Shown piece after piece: positions 1 through 12,929 of a DNA stretch of 64,000 bases; position 1 is the first letter of the stretch, and every line of letters begins with the position of its first letter. The DNA comes from Lama glama (Eukaryota). The stretch lies in the NCBI GenBank assembly GCA_028534125.1, contig CM052836.1, forward strand, positions 12,276,001 through 12,340,000, given 5' to 3'. The notes under the pieces are model-generated. The model ran no database searches. It worked only from the letters and a program-made list of their open reading frames with translations, and was not told the DNA's origin. The position numbers were made by a program, and so were the translations under genes.

Positions 1-480
1 GGGCGCGGGCGGCGGGGAGCCCCGCACCGCGTGGTGGCCGAGTCGCCGCCGGGGCCGCGCAACTTTAGAGCACTCGCGCTGCAGGAGCCCGCGGCCGGGA
101 CTGCGCGTCGGGCTCCGGGGTCGCAGGATGCTTCGGAGTCCTCGCGGGCGGCATCTGGGAGCGGCGGCGGAGGGACAGCGCGCCCCAGGCTCGTGCCGTA
201 GTCCTCCCGCGGCGGGGAGCGTGCTGTCCACTGCGCGCTGCCGAGGCGCCTCCCGGCCTCCGGGGAGAGGGGCCGCCGAGCCGCGGCGGGGCCTTCGCCG
301 ACTCCGGGTCTCCCGGGTCAGCGGGCCTCCGTGTTCCCTGGACGGGAGGGGGCCGCACTGGCCCCGGCCCCGCAGGCCTGGAGTGCGTGTGTCGCGTCGG
401 GAGCCGGGCGGCGCCGCGTCCTGGTGCCGCAGGGGTGCGGGGAGCCGTGGGCGCCGCGAGCCTCCGCCTCCACTGGAGTT
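1..480 (+). promoter_or_regulatory. MFAP3L: CpG island at the 5' end of MFAP3L (promoter / non-coding exon 1 / start of intron 1; runs off the left edge)
   Basis: Very GC- and CpG-rich with a GGGCGG box at the start, then an abrupt fall to AT-rich DNA after ~480. Lies ~15 kb upstream of an exon that has a splice acceptor and the ATG, so an upstream non-coding exon is required. Exon 1 donor not identified. Confidence 0.8.
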
Positions 481-2546
481 TGTCGCATTTGACTCCACAG
501 CAAGTTAACATCGAATTGCCTGATGGCGTGAAATGGGAAAACGTGCTTCATCGGCTTAAAAAACAAAGTAGTTGCAGAGCTGATTTATTTTAAGCTCGAC
601 CATTAACCGGCCTTCCCTTCCAAAAAAAACTTGAGCTTACAAGTCTCAAGATTCATAAAGCAAGCTAACAGAAAAGGGTGTTTGCAAGGTCCAGTATCCG
701 CTCACACCGTGGAAAATACTCTACTGTGGTTGAATTGTCATACTTGTTACAGAAAAGGTGGGTTACTGTAGCACTGCAGCAATCTTTATTTTGCGTTATT
801 TTAGCTTTATATTAAGAACTTGCAAACGTTGCATTGCATACGCTCAATGTTTTTTGTAAAGTTCTCACTTTTATTTCTAAATGAAACACTTTTTTTTTCA
901 GTTGCTACTATGCTGAACATAGTAAAAATTGTTCAGGATGAAATGCAACATGAAAGAAAGTATATTTTTAGGAGGGAGTAAATTAGAACAATGTAGTTCT
1001 ACTAGGCGTTTTACTTTTATGGAAAATGCAATTTATTGGTCCCACTGCTGTTTCTACTGTTGGTTCTTCCTAAAACATTTAGTTCCATTACTACCCTCAG
1101 GGTTACCCGGTTTTAGGAGCAAGGCAAACAATCCTTATTCTAGTGGAAACTAGTTCTACCTGTAACTAAAGCTGTAATTCTCAAACTTGTTTTCCTGAGT
1201 ACCACTGAGTAGTGGGTTCAGTTGTTTTATTTATTAAGCTTATTACAAAATGTCTTGTTTGCGTTGTTCATAGACCTTAATACACTTTTGAGGTGTATTA
1301 ACTTTTCGTTGGGTGGCAAATAGCTTTGAATGTGTGTTCTCGCCCCAGATGCCTCCAGCTCTCATTCCAGATACTGCAGATAGCTCCCCACGTGGGCTCT
1401 GTGCGCGCCTGTAGGTGACCCAGACATACTAACAGGGACAGCCTGAAACATCCTGACAAAGGCAACGACATGACTCCTCTTTCTGCATGTTAGACCTGCG
1501 GTCCTCTGTCTTAGCCAGAGAGTCTGGGCAGTGGTGTTCATTGCTCCTAAATGTCCTTCTAAATATCTTTGTAGAAAAATTTAGAATTTTGAAAAACCCA
1601 ACATAAATACTGAGAAATTGGGCTTCTGTTTTCTATGAAAATGCGTCAAGTTCAGCATGGATGTACAGCTTACCCTGCACAGCAGGGCCAGTTTCCTCCA
1701 GCTGCATTCTCCAGTGGGTGTTAGGCCCATCTCCCCTCACCCTTGACTTTCCCTGACCTGAAGGAAGCAGCGAGGCCTGAGTTTCCCCTTTGTGAATGTC
1801 AAGGTAATGTCAGGCCCCTTTCTTGATCTAAAAACCCTACCTGTTTTTCCAGCATTGAAGGCCCATTTCAGTACCACTCTTGACTTTGGAAACTCCACAT
1901 TCTCCTCACCTAAAAGTAACCAAACCAGCAGGATTTAAGTTGATAAGGGGTTTAATTATTGCTAATGAAGAAACAAATAGAGTAGACTTTGCATTCACTT
2001 TGGGAAACAGGTGATAATTTCTTTGGTCAGGAATCGTCAGGTTCTTGCAGCTCCCTGGCCAGGCATGCGGTTTTACCTGTGATTGCACGCCCTTAGGCTT
2101 CTGTACTGCGTAGTATTGTTAGTCACATTAGATCCTCCAGGCAAACTATTGCCTTAAAAACAGCTTCCCTCATCCACATGACCTCAGTTTACTCAACTTC
2201 TTGATTGACTTGCAGTTTAAACACTTGAGGCCACTTGAAATTCACTTAATTTGAACTTTCTGTTCTATTTTTTTTTAACGCAAGGACTTCCAGATACTGA
2301 CATACGAAATAAATACTGTGCCACAGTTGCTCTTAACCCTCAGCACAGTGCAGTCAGGTGTGTTAGGCAAGTATCCGCATTTTGCGATCCAGAAACAGTT
2401 CAGGTAACGCCACTTCCCTAATTCAGCGTCTAACCAGCCATTTGGGGTATGACTTGCCCTTTCCAGCCAAGCACAGGAGAACACGTCAACTCTAACAACA
2501 CTTAGTGACCTGTGCAAATCACATTAAAGTCAGAAACAGCCTTAGA

Positions 2547-2593
2547 TGCAAATGGTTGATTTTAAGTTTGCAAATGGTTGATTTTAAGTTTGC
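2547..2593. repeat. Perfect 22-bp tandem duplication (tgcaaatggttgattttaagtt x2 + tgc)
   Basis: Read directly from the sequence. Confidence 0.95.
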
Positions 2594-3072
2594 TGTTAAT
2601 ACCTCCCTGGAACGGTTGAAGGACACAGGGGTTTGGTTGATTATGTGATGATAACCAGTTAAGAGCTGTCAGAGCTGGTTTCTGAGTTACACTCAACCTA
2701 GAGGTCCTGTGAGTTCATTGTTTCTGCCTCTCCCTCGACCTCATGAGGTCTTCACTTACTAAAATATCAAGGTCAGTTTTCTTCCCCACAATCTGTTACA
2801 GTTAGGCCCCCGAGGCTGCAGAAATGAGTGAGACATGGTGACTCACAGCCTGGTCGCAGAGACTTGCCTGAGCACAAGTGTAGTACAAAGTACGTGCTCC
2901 CGGTGGGTTGGAGGTACCGGGGACCCAGGAGACACAGGAGTGAGCCCCTTGGGTTGGAATAGGACGGGCCTCCTGAAGATACTGACATTTCCATGGGATC
3001 TCGCGGAATGCCTGAGGAGCGGGGGGCGGGCCTTCCAGCAGGAAGTGGACTCTCTAGGCAGGAGGGACGCCG

Positions 3073-3465
3073 TGACGGTGGTCAGAATAATACCCACCAC
3101 CCCCAAGATGTCCACTTCTGGACATTGTGAGTGTGATTAAGTTGGGGATCCGAGATGGAGAGATTATTCTGGATTACCCACTGGGCCCAGTGTCACTGCA
3201 AGAGCCCTTCCAAGTGAAAGAGGAAAGCAGAGGTCAGGCGCGTGTGGGGAAGACTCCTTGGCCATTGCTGGCCCTGAGGGTGGAAGGGGCCCTGGACCAA
3301 GGACGGGGGGCAGCCTCTGGAAGCTGGAAAAGACCAGGAAACACGCTCCGATCGAGCACAGCCCTGCAACCTCCTCAGTCAGCCCATCACGACCCACGTG
3401 AACTTGTAATCCGCGGGACGGAAGGATAATTGTGTGTTTTGTCGCTATGTTTGTGACTTGGTGCC
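3073..3465 (+). mobile_element. MaLR solo LTR, MLT1D-like
   Basis: cagaataat..cccaagatgtccac, gtgattaagtt..gagatggagagattattctggattacc, gcagcctctggaagctggaaaag are MLT1C/D hallmarks. Confidence 0.75.
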
Positions 3466-4859
3466 TTAGAGAGGAGGAGGGGAAGCCCATCCGACCACAC
3501 GGGAGGGAAGGTTTGGTGTGGCGGGGTCAGGAGAAGGGGATGAAGCCGTCCATTCCTGGTCGTGCAGAGGAGTTTGGATTTCATCTTATTACAGATAAAC
3601 AATGGGGAAGCAGCTAAGGGTTTTCAAACAGGAGCACGTGATGAGCAAATGGTTGCCGGTTTTATCTTCCTGATGAAAAAGCAATCTACAGCTGAACCCC
3701 GTGTTTCCCAGGGCCATTTGACAAGGCTGGCTAACCAGGGATGGTCAGAGGTGGGCGGGACCAGCATGTCACGCAGTCCAGTCCTCGCCGTTGATCTGAA
3801 GCGAAGTGTGCACGTGTGAAATTAAGAGCTTGAGAAGACTTAGTCATGGTCTGTGATGGGAGAAGGACACGAAGCAGAGCAGCGAAGTCACATTGGGCTA
3901 CTTTGTGTCTGCTTGTTGTCCTCTTAGCAGGCGGCTGCTATGCTGGGTACACGCCGTGCAGACGTGGGCAGGGACCGTGGGAAGGCTCGGTTTAACATAG
4001 TTTCCTTGAGAAGGATGCCCTGTCACCTGGGCCAGCCAGCTCTGCCCGGCGGGTAGGAGCCGCTGGCCGGGCTGTGGGCTTACACGGGCTCCGCGGAGAA
4101 ACCGCCACAACCCATCAGCAGTGTCTGCCCTGCGCTCCATGTTTGCTGGGGGGTGGGTGACAGCTGTGAGGCTAGGTGCTCTGGCTTGCTGGTTTAAATA
4201 TAAGATATTCAATCATTCTTTCCAAATCTATTTTTTTTGGAAAGCTTCTTTTAGGTACAAGGGCTTAATATCTGTCATGTAGAAACGCACTGTCTAGTTG
4301 AATTGACCTCTCTGTGTGTCTGGAAAACCTCATCTGAAGAAATCTTCTACCTTAGTATTTTGAGAGTGGCTCCACACTAAACTGAACTATGTGCATGAAA
4401 AATCAGGAAGAGAAAACGGGTTTTTCAGACGACATGGTAAAGGAAGCCCTGGCCTGGCAAAATCCCATGCTGGGAACAGCAGTTAAGACTTGATTACAAC
4501 TTGTCTTGGTGACAGTAGAACTGTAAAACCATACTGGGTCGCTTCCATTTGCATAACTTTGAAAGATTTTTACCCAGACTTCCATAGATAGTGATGTAGT
4601 AATTACTGTTTTCCTCCCTAAAGGACAAGCTCAGTGTACACGGCCCTGTGTGTCTTGAGCCTCCCCGCCCTCAGTCTCTGGGATACGTGCCCCTTGGTCT
4701 CTGGTTCGTCCTTCCTTCCCTGGATTCCCACCTTGTCTTCTCATCACGTGACCTGCTGTGTTCCATCTGGGTGATTTATTTTTCCTCATGCCTGCATCAG
4801 TCACCCACACGCCAGTGTCTCCAAATCTGGATGTTCAGATAAGCCTCGCACATCTGTTC

Positions 4860-5150
4860 ATTCGCTAACTCATTGATTCATTCAACAAACATTGATAACC
4901 TGAGAGCTTACAATCTAGTGGAGGGTCAGATGTGTGAAGTTCTGGGTGAAGATCAGCGAGAAAAGGAGTGTCTCGGCTACCTGGAGAGCCCTGTCTGGCT
5001 TTGAACCAAGACTTGAAGGCGAAGTAGGGGTTTGGCGGATGTGTGAGGTTATGGACGGCAGTGCGGCCGGAGCACAGAGGTGCCGAGGCAGCTCCAGGGG
5101 CTGGGGGAAGGTATGGGAGGCAGAGGGGTGAGGGAGCTCCAGGGATGAGG
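4860..5150 (-). mobile_element. L2 3' end fragment
   Basis: cattgattcattcaacaaacatt and gagcttacaatctagtgg are reverse-strand L2 3' motifs. Confidence 0.6.
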
Positions 5151-8100
5151 TCAGAGACGGGGTGGGAGTCAGGGCATGAAGGGTCATGCATGCGTTGCTG
5201 CCAGCTTCAGTTTTACCAAGTCCATGAGCACATGGACTACGTGTAAATCACGTCTCTCAGCGTCAGCCCACTTCAGCAACAGCACAGTGTGTGGGTTGGG
5301 GGCAGGTCAGCCAGGACTGGGCCCATCAGCGTGATATTAGGGGGATGAGCGCTTGAACCAGAACAAACCTGGACGTGGCAGCCATGCGGGAAAGGAGGCA
5401 TCCGATCTCCACGCAGTTGGGCCATCCATCAGGTGTGTGACATCAGGAGTAGGGTGGTGCCTTCTCGAGAGATTGCAGGCAGCTCTCAGGGGCCTTTCTA
5501 CAGAACGCAGGTCATTGCAGGACCAGAGAGACCAACTTCACCACCATGTGCTTAACCAGGGGGACCTGAGGCCAGGAGGAGCGGGACAGCCCGTACGCAG
5601 GGCTGTGTGTGAGGGAAGAAGTCAGAAGTGCACAGACTTGGTAGGAAAGGGTGGAGGAAGGAAAGAAGGGATTAATTCCCTGCCGCTTGTCCAGCTTCTG
5701 GACAGAAGTTTGGGGCCAGTGGGACTGGAAGGAAATCAGTGTGGGTTGGACTTCCTAACTCTGGATTTAGAGGGTAGGTAGCTCTTTTAGAGGCTGTACT
5801 GAAGTTGTCTCTCTGATCAGTGGGAAAGAGAAAGCTTAAAGAGGATATTTAAATATCAGCCCAAACCTTTCCTTCCATTGAGGATTTGAGTTGGCTGATA
5901 GTTCAAGGAAGAGTGTAAGGGAAGGGTTTCCTCCTTTAAAAGATGAGTGGATTGAAGGAATCACTTGTTGACAGGGCTGGAGATGGCAGGCTGGGGTTCA
6001 CTGTTAGGGGACCAGATGGCACGCCTCTGTTCCCACATCTGTGCCCTTCTGTACCCTCCCAAATCGAGCGAGAGCCCTGTGGTGTTTGTGGCAGCGGGGA
6101 CCATCCCAGGTTGGCCAGTGAGCTCCTCTCTTCCGAGAAGCTGGGCTGCCTGGTGAAGAGGCAGGAGGGTGTACAGTGACCATGCCTTCTTAAGGACGCA
6201 GAGCCCACCTTCTCACCTCGGCAGGAGAAGGTGTTTGGATGAAGGCTGCATAAGTGTTTGGCTCCAAGCCTCACCCAGGATTTCTTCTGGGTCTTCACAC
6301 CCCAGGGTGGCAGTGGGGTGGCTTAAACTGCCAGGAAGCCTTGAACTTTCTTGGGTCCCCGATGCTGTTGTTAACTTTATCTTGTAAATTTCTGCTTTTC
6401 TACTAAAGCCAGGGCTGGCCTGCTTTGCCCATTATGGCTTTGCTAGAGGGAAAGTCTCGGACCTTCAGGGTTTGGATAGCCTCAGATGACTTGGCCTCTG
6501 AGTGAGTCTACCTCTTGTTAGACTTCCCAAAGGTAGCCTGGTTTTCTCCATTTTAAAACACTTGAGAAACTTGAAATTAATTTCCAGAAAGCATCAGAGT
6601 ACTACCAGTTCCCTGCTTCCCTGGGGACCAGGCATTTCTCCCTGTCCGTCTGACCCCAGGACCCATAGTGGACTTTGCACTCCCTCCTGCCTTCGTCGGG
6701 CATCCCGTCCCTTCCTCCAGGTTTTGGCATCTCCCCTCCTTTCCCCGGGGTGATGGATTGTCTGTCTCAAAGTCCTCTTGGTCATGTGCCCTAAGAAGCC
6801 GCTGAGGCCATCTAAAGAGAACTTCTGGAGGAGGGCCCTGACAAGCAGCATTCTCCAGCTGGGCAGGCACAGCAGATCCTCTACATGAGTCTTGCTGAAA
6901 CACGCTGTAAAAAACACGTAGATTTTTATTTTAAATTGGCGGGCTGTGTTGATTTCCACCCCTGCTTGCTAAACTGAGCCTTTCCTCCCGCTGGGAAAAC
7001 TGTCCCGTCTCCTTTATTCACCCTTCAGGACTTGGCCAGCCCCAGGGAACATTCTGTGACCTTCCCAGCTGGCCCTGTGAATTTCTGCAGTATTTACCCA
7101 GTTTAGTGCTTAATTGCATATTGTTTGTTTGCAGGTATCACCGAGATTGTAAACGTCTTTAGGGTAAAGACCTAGTCTTAAAAATTTTTTTAAAGAGCCA
7201 CCGCAGTTGGAACCAAACTGATACTGGTGGCCTCGGAAGTGCTTTGAGTTCAGCTTCATTGAGCTGACCCATCCTGGTTGTTTTTATGGCCCACGTGAGG
7301 CTGACTACCCAGCTGAGAAGCCAGTCAGCCTGCAGGGCCTTCTCCCATCAAAGCTGAGAGGAAGCAAAGCCTGTTTCAGAGATTCTGGGGGGAAACCACT
7401 GAATCCACGCTTCCAGCTTTCTTCTGGTGTGTAGTTGAGGTAATTTTCCCTAGTGGCACACTGAAACACCTTTTGGAGAAGATTGACCTTAGGATGCATG
7501 CAGTACAGTCAGCCGAACGGTTATTCAGGTCCAGCCAGACTTTGAAAAGTACTGCTCCATGTACAAAATTTTAAATAATAATAATGGTAAAAATAAGTAA
7601 TCACAATGTTTTAAAATGATCATTCTGACAGTTTGGATGTTAATGGCATTTAGTGAGGTTGTCCCGGGAGTGGACACCATGGGCAGGTGACAGGAGCCCT
7701 CGGGTGAGGTCAGGAGACGAGGTTCTAGAGGGGCATCCACAGGGGTTGGTCTCTGCCTCTTTCACTGTCAGTGTGAACAGAACACCAGGCCTTCCCCGCG
7801 CCATGGGGTCCTGGCGAAGCTCAGATGGGATGACGTCTGTGGGTATGTCTCGTGGACCATAAATCAGATTTTTATTCTGATGAAAGAAGAAACCCCGGGT
7901 GGGCCAGTTCCTCTGCTGTGGCTCTGAATGGCCTTAATCAGACACCAGGGAGACAAGGAGCAAGGGACGATGGTTTTGATTTTTGAAATAGAAATTAAAT
8001 TTCATTTCTGCAGTCCCCTAAACCCTGTATTTCAGGCGTAGGACGGAGTCCCCTGAACCCTCCTCCCCTGCCCAGCCCGAGTCCCCTGATGGATGGGCCA

Positions 8101-11036
8101 GACCCCACAGCCTCTGCTCCCAAGCAGTGTAGGGAGGCCCCCGCCTCTCCCTGCAAGGGAAGCCGTGTTCTGAGACCAGGTTCTAAGGAAGTCTTGGTTT
8201 ATATGCTAAAGTTAGTTTTGTGTATGAAGCACGTGCAGAACATCTCGAGCAGTGGGCTTGTGATGAAACTAAAACCACAAGAATTGAAGGTTGGCTGAAG
8301 TGGATGAGCCAGAAACAGAAATTAATTGGCCCAGAATGAAAATCTGACTCTCCCTGTATACATACTCCAAAGAGTAGGGAGAATGTTTTTGAAAGGACAC
8401 TTTTTTTTTAAAGCAGGGTAGATGCTGAGGAAGAAAAAACCTTGTGGTAGAGACGGGCAGAGAAGGACGGAGCAGCTCGAGGTGCCGCTGGGCCTGCTCT
8501 GGGTCCAGTGCAGAGTCTACTGGTCACGCATCAGAGATGAGAGGGAAGGCCCCCCCGGCGTCCTCACCCTCTAGTCTGCATTGTCACCTGATCGGGAGCT
8601 GGTTTGGTAGCACGAAGGCCCCGTCCACCAGTGTATCGTCCTGTTTGTATTCAGTTCCTAGGTTTGGTTTATTCCCTGGACTGTCAGATTTCCGAGGAAA
8701 TACGTCTCCGATCAGTGACGGATTTACAGTAATTGGGCCCCAGACTGTTTCAGCCTGTCCACTTAGAATGAGAATTGGAAGAAGTTAAATACACACAAAA
8801 ACATCAATAAAGTCTTCTGAAAGATGCGCCTGTGATTGGAATAGCCCTCCTCACAAGACTTGGGTGCTGGAGCCTCCGTGGCACCAAGAGGCATTCCCGT
8901 AACGTTGGGCCTGATGTGGGCGTGAGCCTGGTTCTGAGGTTCTGTGGCCCTGGGCCGTCACGTACCTTCTTTGGCCTCCTTTCTGATCTGGTATAAAAAA
9001 CCAACAGAACACCTTTGAGGAAAGATGCACAGGTTTCTCCAGATCTCACGCTGCTCTTGTCCTGTGAGCGGGTGTGTCTTCATCCTGCGGGATCACGGCC
9101 GTGGTGCCTGGAGAGGAAAGCCTGTGATGCGGTGCTTTTTCTCGTCCTCCTTTTTTAAACATACTATTTGTGGGAGCTTTAGTCGATAGGATTCTTACTT
9201 TTAATCAGAAAAACATACCAGGTGGAAAAAATAGGGTGGATGTGCAAGAATGGTTTCTCAGTATTATACCCCATCAGAAATGAAGTGTCCCAGAGGTGGC
9301 ATCTCGGGGGAAGATGTTCACTTTTAGGTTTGAGAAACTGCTTTAAAACAGACCTGTTTTTGAAAAGGCAGTGCCTTAGCTTCATCAATGAAATAGCAGA
9401 GCTTACAACCTCGGACCGCTTGGGGCTCCTGTGTGGTGCCGCGGCGGCCGCTGGGCCCTCTGATGGGGGAGCTGCCCCCCGCCTTGTAATTGTGGACTTA
9501 CTTTGTCTGCCACCTTGCAGATTCTGGGATGGCAGGTGAGGCCCATGTCTGACCGGTGTGCCCACACCCCCGGCACGTGCCTGGCACCCTGGGCTCCTCA
9601 GGTACCGGCACTGACTGGGGTTGGTCTCTCCGGGTGTGTCCAGGGTGACCTGAGCAGGGTGCACTTCATCCTTTGTGGAGCCGTCGTGTCTGCCATCTGA
9701 GTTAGGAACTACCTCTGTGTGATGAGAATCCTCCACAAACAGATCCTCGGACATGTTCAGGGGAAAACAGAAGGACCGCGCGAGCCTCCCTCTGTCACGG
9801 GGCTTTGGGCGCGGAGACAAAACCGAGCTGACTTAGAACATGAATGATGTGCCCCTGGGCGGCGGAAGTCACCGCGGGGACTTGCTGCCCTTACTCCGCA
9901 CAGTTCCTGATGTTTGGCTTTGGATTCCGGTGGGTCATATTCAGACATCCCCTTAACTACCTGAAATCTCAAATTACGGGAGAAAGAATGGACCGGTGGG
10001 AATTTTGTTGGAATTTTTCTTTAAAATTGCAGAAGAAAATGACTTTGAAACCCTGTTTTTAAAAATGGCGAGCATGGGCGGTAGGTTTTCATTGATTATA
10101 ATGCTTAAGAGGGAGCGTGAGAGAAGGCGCAGAAAGCTGTCTGGAGCTGAGGTGGCCCCGGCCAGCTCCCCGCCTTGCACAGTGGCATCTGTGACAGAGT
10201 GGCTGCCCCAGCGCCTCTCACTGCACGGGATGCTGGGGGTTCCTGCCAGGTCTCAGGAGTTGGGACCTGTCAGGGACGTGTCTTGATCTAAAAGGCAGCT
10301 TCAGGGCCCAAGGCATCATTTATGCACAAATGAAAAAGTAGTGGTGACTCTCAGTAGATGTTGTGACAAAATCAGTTGTTGTGGGTATGAAATTATCCAG
10401 CACAGCTGATGGGGAAATACCAGCATGTCCACTGCCAAGAAAGAACAAGCACGAACATTCATCTGGTTCAAAACACCCTGAAACAAGAGGCCCTTTTCCT
10501 CCCAGCTCCAGAAATGCACGGCCAGTGGTCATGTTCTGTTACAGGTGAGGAGCCAGCAGATAAGACTCTACCAGGCATGGTGTTTAAATGCTTTTAGATA
10601 AAATGCAGTTGGTGGGAAGGCAGGAAGGGGTCGAGTTAAAGAAAGGACCTGTGGTGTTTGCTAAGTGTTTTCTCTTTTGTTCCATTTATAAAAAATCAAG
10701 GATTCTATGAAGGTTTTCCCAAAGGCCCTGAGCAAACGCGTGGACCTTAACAATCCCCCCATTGTGGCTGTTCTGTTGAGCCCGGGTTTGGGGATCTGTG
10801 GCCTTTGTTGTATTTTGAAGGACTGCATGTTAAGCTGCTGGATTATAGTCCTCGTGGTTAATTCTTTGTGGCTGAAGTGTCTCTCCCAGCGTTCCAGTGT
10901 TACTGACTGAACTTTTCAGGATGCCGTCTGCAAAGTCGGCCGGGCTGCGCCAAGCCCATTGGTGGGACGTTTCCCCGGTGTCCAAAGGGACGTGATGTCT
11001 CCACAGTCTTCTGGCCCCTCCCCCGGGAGTTACTCT

Positions 11037-11125
11037 TCTCTTTCTTTCTTTCTTTTTTTTTTAAAATGAGGTAGTTAGGTTTATTTGCTTATCTTTTTGA
11101 TGGAGGTACTGGGGATTGAACCCAG
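11037..11125 (-). mobile_element. 5'-truncated tRNA-derived SINE (camelid Vic-1 type)
   Basis: Reverse complement reads ctgggttcaatccccagtacctcca...aaataaacctaactacctc + A tail; same family as 37918 and 48147. Confidence 0.8.
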
Positions 11126-11934
11126 AAGTGTAATTTCAGTAAACAATGTGCTATGTGCTGCATCAGTAACTTATTTTTCAAGCTGAGTAACACGTACGTG
11201 CTTTGTGCACCCTTGATCGTGAATCCTTGTGATCATCCTTACCTGGCAAGTGCTGGGCCACAAACACCCAGGCCAGGCCGTAAGGGTGGTCAGACCCAGA
11301 ATGCTGGCCCTGTCTCTCTGAAACCTGAGGCCATGCTCTTAGGCATTCTGTATCCAACTCCCTGCAAAAGGAAACCATGAGATGAGCCAAGTAAAGGAAG
11401 CATCGGCATAGTCGTGCAGGGCTGAGCTGTCTCCAGCCCCGCGGCTCCTGCTGGCCAGTCCCGGGAGACTGTCCTGGGCAGAAAGGCACCACAGTCCACC
11501 AGGAGCAGGGAAATCTGTGGCTCCAAGGAAACTCTTACCTTTCCTGCCGAGGAAGTCTGTAGTCTGAAGCAGATTCATCACCTCGAGTACCTCTTCTGTG
11601 TCATTGTCCACAGAGCTGGCCTAATAATTGCTGCTTTCGGAGAGAGGGCCATCCGTTCAGCAGTTCACTGGGCATCTAAAGTGTATGGGTGACTTCAGAC
11701 ACACAGACAGATGAGGCAGACGGCACGGGCAGGATGGTGTTGGCTGCATACGTGGGACAGAGTGAGGTTTACAAGTAGACTCACTGTTTTTGACAAGAGG
11801 GCAAGATAAGCCATTGGAGGAAGTGTGGTCCTTCCTACAGACGGCGCTGAAATGACTGGATATCCACATGGGGGGAAGATGAGCCTTGGTCCCTCCCTCA
11901 GCCACACACAGAAATAGCCAGATGTATCCGTGTG

Positions 11935-12228
11935 AAAGCTAAAATGGGAGGAACACGGGGAACTTGTGGTCGTGATGGAAACATTCTCTATCTTGTTTAC
12001 TGTTGTGGTTACATGGGTGTATAAATTTGTCAAAACCTATTGAGATGCATACCTGAAATGGATATTTTTCTTTCTCTTTTTTTGAAACTGACATGTAGTC
12101 AATTACAATGTGTCAGTTTCTGGTGTACAGCACAGTGTCCCCCAGTCATTCATGTACTTACATACATCCTTGAAACGGATGGTTTTCTTAATTTGTAAAT
12201 TATACCACAGTAAAGTTGATTTTAAAAG
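11935..12228 (+). mobile_element. Old L1M (L1MC/ME-type) 3' end, interrupted by a younger L1
   Basis: gtgatggaaacattctctatcttg..ggttacatgggtgtataaatttgtcaaaac ... tgtaaattataccacagtaaagttgattttaaaa. Confidence 0.7.
12073..12170 (-). mobile_element. Young L1 3' end nested in the old L1M, with degenerate TSD
   Basis: ttacaatgtgtcagtttctggtgtacagcac motif; flanks tgaaatggatatttttctt (12054) and tgaaacggatggttttctt (12171). Confidence 0.8.
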
Positions 12229-12229
12229 A

Positions 12230-12673
12230 GAAATCAGATCTTGTCACTCCCATGCTTAAAATTTTCCAGTGAATATCACATAAAATCCAGATTCCATACT
12301 CTGTCCTCAAAAGCCCTCTGTGATCTTGTCTATGTCTCTGAGCCATCTTGCAACACCCTGTTTGCTTTTGTTGTTCCTTCTTCCCGGAATGCTTTTCTCC
12401 CAGGTCTAGGTGTGGCTGATTCCCAAAGAGGCCCCGGCTCCAGGGCCACCTCCTCAGGGGAGTTCTCCCTGATTGCCTAACTCAGTGTTCGAGTGCATCG
12501 GGGTGCGCTTTCCAAAGCATGCATCGTGAGCAGAAGTTCTCATTTACGTGGTTCGTACTTATTGTCGGCTGTTCCCGTGAGAATATAATCTCCGTATAAC
12601 ACAAAAGATCTGTCTTGCCATCTCTATCTCTGGGACCTAGAATATTGTCTGCCCAGAGTAGGTGTTCAGGACT
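12230..12673 (+). mobile_element. L2 3' region
   Basis: aaatcagatcttgtcactcccatgcttaaaa, gccacctcctcagggag, gacctagaatattgtctgcccagagtaggtgttca. Confidence 0.7.
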
Positions 12674-12843
12674 TTTTCTCTGAAGTACAGTCAGTTACAA
12701 CACATCAGTTATGTCTGATGTAGGCTTAATGTCCCAGTCGTGCATTTACATATGTACATTTGTTTTCACATCCTTTCCCATTCTAGGTTATTGCAGGACA
12801 CTGAATGTAGTTCCCTGCGCTGCACAGCAGGACCTTGCTTATC
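12674..12843 (-). mobile_element. Young L1 3' end with 9-bp TSD ttcaggact
   Basis: tagttccctgcgctgcacagcaggaccttg motif; TSD at 12665-12673 and 12844-12852. Confidence 0.85.
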
Positions 12844-12929
12844 TTCAGGACTCACTTCTGAGGGAGTGAGAAGGGTGAGGAACTCAGAGGCTACAAAGTC
12901 TCAGTGCAGGGACTCAGAAGTGCTCAGTA

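Noticed and set aside
65-511. Overlapping 126-148 aa ORFs in the 5' CpG island
   Set aside because: Pro/Arg/Ala/Gly-rich products expected from stop-poor GC-rich DNA; no recognisable domain.
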